A DNA stretch of 63,712 bases from Candidatus Scalinduaceae bacterium (GTDB lineage Bacteria; Planctomycetota; Brocadiia; Brocadiales; Scalinduaceae), in the NCBI GenBank assembly GCA_046759445.1, contig JBHICG010000012.1:1-63712 (forward strand), written 5' to 3'. The notes under the pieces were generated by a model that worked only from the letters and a program-made list of their open reading frames with translations, was not told where the DNA came from and searched no databases. Each line of letters begins with the position of its first letter. Within the stretch, counting starts at the first letter, position 1. Positions 59,090-63,712 of this stretch are shown here, one piece after another. The translations under genes and the position numbers were made by a program.

Positions 59090-61069
59090 ATGTCTGATCT
59101 AAAAGACTTAAAAAAACTTTCGGATGAAGACCGCAAGCTTATTCAGGCCGTTGAGATGATGCTTGGCCCTGAACCTGCAGAGATGGGGTTTGTCAAAAAT
59201 ATGTTTTGGGGCAACATTCGTGATGAACTGGTTTTTCCTTATCCTCAGATCACTAATGAAGAAAAGCTTGAGTGCAACCGTCTTTTGGAAAAGCTGGACA
59301 AATATCTTTGTGATGAACATCCGTCAATCCAGATTGATCAGGAGGAAGAGATTCCACGCTGGGTGATCGATCGCCTGTTTGAGCTTGGTGTTATGGGTAT
59401 AACTATTCCCAAAGAATATGGCGGGCTGGGTATGTCGGTTACAAGTTATAACAGGGTTTTGGAAAGGATCGGCCGTACATGCGCCTCAACGGCAGTAGTA
59501 GTCTCTGCTCATCAGTCAATAGGCTGCAAGGCAATTATGCTGTTTGGAAATGAAGACCAGAAACGTAGATGGCTTCCCGGAATGGCAACCTCTGAGTTGT
59601 CGGCGTTTTGCTTGTCAGAACCTAATGTCGGCTGTGATGCCGGAGGCCAGAAGACCCATTGTGAACTTAGCAAAGACGGCAAGTTTTATATTCTTAACGG
59701 CGAGAAGAAATGGGCAACTTCAGGCGTTTTCAGCGGACTGTTTACGGTTACGGCAAAACATTCCTTATACGACAGCAAGAGTGGCAAAACAGTGGATCGC
59801 GTAACGGCTCTTGTTTGTACTCCAGATATGGAAGGGATAGATATTTTTCAGAAAAACCGCAGTAAGTGCGGTATACGTGGCACGTGGCAGGCCAGAATAA
59901 GGTTTAAGAATGTCAAAGTACCGCGTGAAAACTTGCTATATAAAGAGGGTAAGGGACTCACAGTGGCTCTTACGTGCCTGGATTATGGACGATGCACATT
60001 AGCTGCCGGAATGCTGGGTTCTGCAAAATATTGCATGGATCAGGCAATAAAATGGTCCCAGACCCGTTATCAGTTCAATCAACCTCTCTCCGCTTTCGAT
60101 CTTGTAAAAAAGCGGATTGCACGCATGGCGGCCTTGACTTATGCAATGGATGCGGTTCTTTATATGACGACGGGCATGCTTGATCGGCACGACAAGGATG
60201 TGATGCTTGAGACTGCTATTTGCAAGGTTTTCTGCTCCGAAATGGGATGGCGTGTAATTAATGACGCTATGCAAATAATGGGAGGAGAAAGCTATGTAAC
60301 AGAGAATGAGGTTGAACGAGCCTTTCGTGATAGCCGCATTAATTTAATTGTTGAAGGGTCTAATGACGTAATGCATACTTTCGTGTTCGGTTACGGCGGC
60401 AAGCAATTAATTGAACAGCTTATTACAATACAGGAAGCGTTGTTTTGGAACAGCGACCAAAGCCTTTCAGAAAATATCTTACGAATAATTAGAAATATTC
60501 TTACACCCGGTGTAATGTCCAATGCTATTCCCCTTGGGCTTGAGATGGTTTTTGGGGTTAAAAGAAAACTTCCACAGGTTCCAAAACTGCATTCTTCTAT
60601 TGTGAATGAGGGATTACGACTGGCCAAACTCGTACAAGACCTTAGTCACCAATTCAAATTGATAAGCAAAAAATATCGCGAAGCAATTTTAAATAAACAA
60701 ACCATTCAAGCCAGAATCAGCGAAAACGCTATGTGGGTGCACGCAGTTGCATGTACGCTTTCAAAACTGAATCAACAGTTAAAGGCCAATGAATCGGGCC
60801 CTCAATTTGAACGTGATAAAGCTGCAGCCCTGCATTTTATTGATATGGCTGAATTGGTTATTAATACTAACATTTCAAGGTTGAATAAAAACACTGATGA
60901 AACCATGCGAATATCAGCCTCGGCTGCTCTTAAATACAATGATACCCTTTTAAATAAGAATTTTATAATTCCCGAAAGCTCGCCAAACGCCAAAGGCACA
61001 GGACGGGTTCCTCCGAAAGAGTATATAAAGCAGTTTCCTGGGGATAGTGCAGTAAGTAGGGTGGATTAA
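59090..61069 (+). CDS. Acyl-CoA dehydrogenase (long form with C-terminal extension)
   Basis: AHQSIG, FCLSEP..G.D, LNGEK.W, K.GIRG, R.QF, QIMGG, RD.RI..IVEGSN. Confidence 0.93.
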   Translation: MSDLKDLKKLSDEDRKLIQAVEMMLGPEPAEMGFVKNMFWGNIRDELVFPYPQITNEEKLECNRLLEKLDKYLCDEHPSIQIDQEEEIPRWVIDRLFELGVMGITIPKEYGGLGMSVTSYNRVLERIGRTCASTAVVVSAHQSIGCKAIMLFGNEDQKRRWLPGMATSELSAFCLSEPNVGCDAGGQKTHCELSKDGKFYILNGEKKWATSGVFSGLFTVTAKHSLYDSKSGKTVDRVTALVCTPDMEGIDIFQKNRSKCGIRGTWQARIRFKNVKVPRENLLYKEGKGLTVALTCLDYGRCTLAAGMLGSAKYCMDQAIKWSQTRYQFNQPLSAFDLVKKRIARMAALTYAMDAVLYMTTGMLDRHDKDVMLETAICKVFCSEMGWRVINDAMQIMGGESYVTENEVERAFRDSRINLIVEGSNDVMHTFVFGYGGKQLIEQLITIQEALFWNSDQSLSENILRIIRNILTPGVMSNAIPLGLEMVFGVKRKLPQVPKLHSSIVNEGLRLAKLVQDLSHQFKLISKKYREAILNKQTIQARISENAMWVHAVACTLSKLNQQLKANESGPQFERDKAAALHFIDMAELVINTNISRLNKNTDETMRISASAALKYNDTLLNKNFIIPESSPNAKGTGRVPPKEYIKQFPGDSAVSRVD

Positions 61070-61154
61070 GAACGATAGGACAAATCCACCATAAATAGTT
61101 TGGTTTACGCAAGAAAAAAAGAAAGTGGGTTCGCTGTCGCTTAACCCACCCTAC
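61056..61154. repeat. GTAG-type REP pair overlapping the acyl-CoA dehydrogenase stop codon
   Basis: gtagggtggattaag...aatccacc ... gtgggttcgctgtcgcttaacccaccctac. Confidence 0.7.
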
Positions 61155-61196
61155 ATTAATAATCAATTTGCACAGCTAAGTTTAAAAGAGACACTA

Positions 61197-62201
61197 ATGA
61201 GTATAAACACTTTCAAGGCTATGATTGTCAAAGAAGATAACGGTAAATATATACGCGAAATTGGCAACAAGAATATAGCAGATCTTCCCGAAGGGGAGGT
61301 GTTGATAAATGTCAAATATTCTTCGCTTAATTATAAAGATGCGCTTTCGGCTATCGGGAACAAAGGTGTAACAAGAAATTACCCCCATACACCCGGAATA
61401 GACGCTGCCGGAATTGTTGAATCATCTGATAATGCTTTGACTAAGGCTGGTGATCAAGTTATCGTAACAGGTTATGACCTCGGCATGAATACGTCAGGTG
61501 GTTTTGGACAGTATATAAGGGTTCCTGCAGTGTGGGTGGTTAAGATACCCGAAAAGTTAACATTAAAAGAGAGTATGATATATGGAACTGCAGGCTTTAC
61601 GGCATCATTATCACTTTATAAAATGGAATCATTAGGACTTGCGCCTTCCGGAGGTGAGGTATTAGTTACCGGCGCCAGCGGTGGTGTAGGTTCAATGGCT
61701 GTCGCTATCTTTTCTAAAGCAGGATATAACATAGTTGCTGCTACAGGAAAGCCGGGCAAAGAGGAGTATTTTAGAAAACTTGGAGCAAAAAGTGTAATAC
61801 ATAGAGATAGTGTGAACGATACCGGACGTAAGCCCATGCTCAAGGGCAGATGGCAGGCCGTCATAGATACAGTCGGTGGAAACATCCTTGCCACGGCAAT
61901 CAAGTCTACTAAACGGCATGGTTTGATTGCCGTATGTGGATTGACGATGTCTCCGGAATTTAATACAACGGTCTTTCCATTCTTGCTGCGGGAAGTTTGC
62001 TTAATCGGCATTGACTCTGCCGAGTGTCCAATGACAGATAGAGCTAAGATATGGAATAAAATAGCGGATGAATGGAAGGTGGAAACCCTTGCGACTATTT
62101 GTACAGAATGTTCTCTGGAAGAATTAGACAATAAGATTGATCTGATGCTTAATGGGAATAGTTCCGGCCGAATTCTTGTTAACCTGGAGGGGAATATTTA
62201 A
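61197..62201 (+). CDS. acuI: Acryloyl-CoA reductase AcuI/YhdH family (MDR)
   Basis: YSSLNYKDAL, PGIDAAG, GTAGFTA, VTGASGGVGS, DTVGG, VFPF.LR.V.L.GIDS; ATG 61197 chosen because the GTG at 61125 lies inside a REP. Confidence 0.85.
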   Translation: MSINTFKAMIVKEDNGKYIREIGNKNIADLPEGEVLINVKYSSLNYKDALSAIGNKGVTRNYPHTPGIDAAGIVESSDNALTKAGDQVIVTGYDLGMNTSGGFGQYIRVPAVWVVKIPEKLTLKESMIYGTAGFTASLSLYKMESLGLAPSGGEVLVTGASGGVGSMAVAIFSKAGYNIVAATGKPGKEEYFRKLGAKSVIHRDSVNDTGRKPMLKGRWQAVIDTVGGNILATAIKSTKRHGLIAVCGLTMSPEFNTTVFPFLLREVCLIGIDSAECPMTDRAKIWNKIADEWKVETLATICTECSLEELDNKIDLMLNGNSSGRILVNLEGNI

Positions 62202-62298
62202 CAGGATTAACCTGATACAAATCCAGTTAATTCTTTAGACAGGATAACAGGATAAACTGGATTAAAAAATTATCTTGTATATCCTGTAAATCCTGTCA
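62201..62298. repeat. ACAGGAT/ATCCTGT iterated inverted element between convergent genes
   Basis: gacaggataacaggataaactggatt ... atcttgtatatcctgtaaatcctgtc; half copy at 10849-10866. Confidence 0.7.
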
Positions 62299-62316
62299 AA
62301 AAAGTAGTAGCTTTTG

Positions 62317-63447
62317 TCATCTATCTTCAATTGGAACATACTTTCTTTTTTCATGTCCTATATATTCGCTTCTGGGCCTTATGAGTCTGTTGTCATTATA
62401 TTGCTCCATGACATGGGCTATCCAGCCTGTAACCCTTGAAGCAACAAATATAGGTGTATAAAGGGGGATAGGTATGCCTAAAAGGTAATAGGCTGAAGAA
62501 GTGTAGAAATCCAGATTAGGATGAAGCCCTTTTTCTGTGGTTACTATATCTTCCATCTTTTGAGACATCTCAAACCACTTATTATTTCCAAGCCTTTCTC
62601 CTAATTCCTTTACCAATCCTTTTATTATGGGATTTCTTGGATCTTGTTTTTTATAGACCCTGTGGCCAAAACCCATTATGAGCTTTTTTTCAGATAAGGC
62701 TTGTTTGATCCACGGTTCGACCTTTTCCACATCACCTATTTCAAGAAGCATCTCCATCACCCTCTCATTAGCGCCGCCGTGTAAGGGACCCTTTAAGGCC
62801 CCAATAGCAGCCATGACAGCAGAGTGAAGGTCGGAAAGAGTAGAAGCAACTACCCTTGCCGTAAAGGTAGAGGCATTAAGTCCATGTTCGGCGTAAAGGA
62901 TTAATGATTTATCAAGCACAACAGACTTATAGCTTTCAGGCTCCTTCCCGTCCAGCATATACAAAAAATTCGATGCAAAAGAAAGTCGGGGATTGGGTTC
63001 GACAGGTTCAAGGTCATTTGTTATCCTATAATCATACGTAATAACTGTTGGAATCTTTGCCGTAAGCCTTAAGGCCTTTCTCATATTTGCATCGTCAGTA
63101 TTTGATGATCCGTCAGGGTCTGATGTATGAAGAATTCCAATGGCAATCTTTAAGACATCCATTGGGTCGGTCTCTCTTGGGAGTTCTTTCATAATATTTA
63201 TCAATTCTACAGGTATTTCCCTTTTGTTTGGCAATTCGTTGCAAAAATCCTCCAAACTTTTTTTATCAGGAAGCTCGCCGTGCAACAACAGGTATGCCAC
63301 CTCTTCAAAACTTGAGTTTGAGGCAAGATCATTAATGGAATATCCGTTGTAATAGAGTTCGCATTGATCTGCATCTATCTTACAGATAGATGTTCTTCCT
63401 GCTATCACTCCTTCAAGTCCGGAGGCAACTTTGGGTTTGTCGTTCAT
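62317..63447 (-). CDS. Citrate synthase / 2-methylcitrate synthase (short dimeric type)
   Basis: GLEGV, LYAEHGLNASTF, LKGPLHGGANE, MGFGHRVYK..DPR, PNLDFY, RLIRP. Confidence 0.92.
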   Translation of the reverse strand: MNDKPKVASGLEGVIAGRTSICKIDADQCELYYNGYSINDLASNSSFEEVAYLLLHGELPDKKSLEDFCNELPNKREIPVELINIMKELPRETDPMDVLKIAIGILHTSDPDGSSNTDDANMRKALRLTAKIPTVITYDYRITNDLEPVEPNPRLSFASNFLYMLDGKEPESYKSVVLDKSLILYAEHGLNASTFTARVVASTLSDLHSAVMAAIGALKGPLHGGANERVMEMLLEIGDVEKVEPWIKQALSEKKLIMGFGHRVYKKQDPRNPIIKGLVKELGERLGNNKWFEMSQKMEDIVTTEKGLHPNLDFYTSSAYYLLGIPIPLYTPIFVASRVTGWIAHVMEQYNDNRLIRPRSEYIGHEKRKYVPIEDR

Positions 63448-63480
63448 TTTATACTCCTAAAAAAGGATGTATTGTCCCTA

Positions 63481-63712
63481 TTAACTTACAGTAAGTATTT
63501 CCTCAATCTGCTTTTTGATATTTTGTGCTTCGGCAGCAAGATAGTAAAGATGTTTCTGGGAGAATTTTTCTATGGCTTCCGCAATCCTGTCCAGGCACTC
63601 CATGGTAAACATATATACGCCTTTTCTCGGTGCTTCGTGTCCGACGCTTTCAGCCAGGACTGTGCAAGATGATATTCGTGCCTGTTGTTTGATGGCCAGA
63701 ATCACTAAATAA
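63481..63712 (-). CDS. C-terminal part of an unidentified protein (runs off the window)
   Basis: Frame open to the window edge; stop lies 33 bp upstream of the citrate synthase start. Confidence 0.6.
   Translation of the reverse strand, partial: YLVILAIKQQARISSCTVLAESVGHEAPRKGVYMFTMECLDRIAEAIEKFSQKHLYYLAAEAQNIKKQIEEILTVS

Overview
A 63.7-kb AT-rich bacterial chromosomal segment. Gene content and intergenic repeat style suggest an anammox planctomycete (Brocadiales, Scalindua-like); this is an inference. Housekeeping genes are lpxK, leuB, an AddB-like protein, mltA, panC, lgt, hflX, pcm, hemW, efp and a polyprenyl synthetase. They are interleaved with four accessory blocks. (1) At 15.0-24.8 kb: an ECF sigma factor, a zinc-finger anti-sigma/TM/DUF4384-like/trypsin/Ca-repeat fusion, and an exported TPR-CHAT (caspase-like) protease with an inserted PDZ domain, followed by PD-(D/E)XK-like orphans. 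The two proteases share the peptide RGVGGIT, encoded by different codons, which suggests a proteolytic cascade controlling the sigma factor. This is the best candidate for an undescribed system. (2) At 33.1-37.4 kb: an insertion hotspot with a DUF900 fusion, a group II intron DV/DVI remnant, decaying toxin-antitoxin modules, an 8-bp start-codon repeat and a duplicated tolB-like 3' end. (3) At 49.5-52.2 kb: twin exported 12-Cys proteins and eroding foreign membrane genes. (4) At 52.3-63.7 kb: an acetate/propionate acyl-CoA cluster (acs, two ADP-forming acyl-CoA synthetases, an acyl-CoA dehydrogenase, AcuI, and a citrate/2-methylcitrate synthase). Many REP-like palindromes occur. No rRNA, tRNA or CRISPR array was seen. 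All family assignments come from motif recognition by eye, without database searches.
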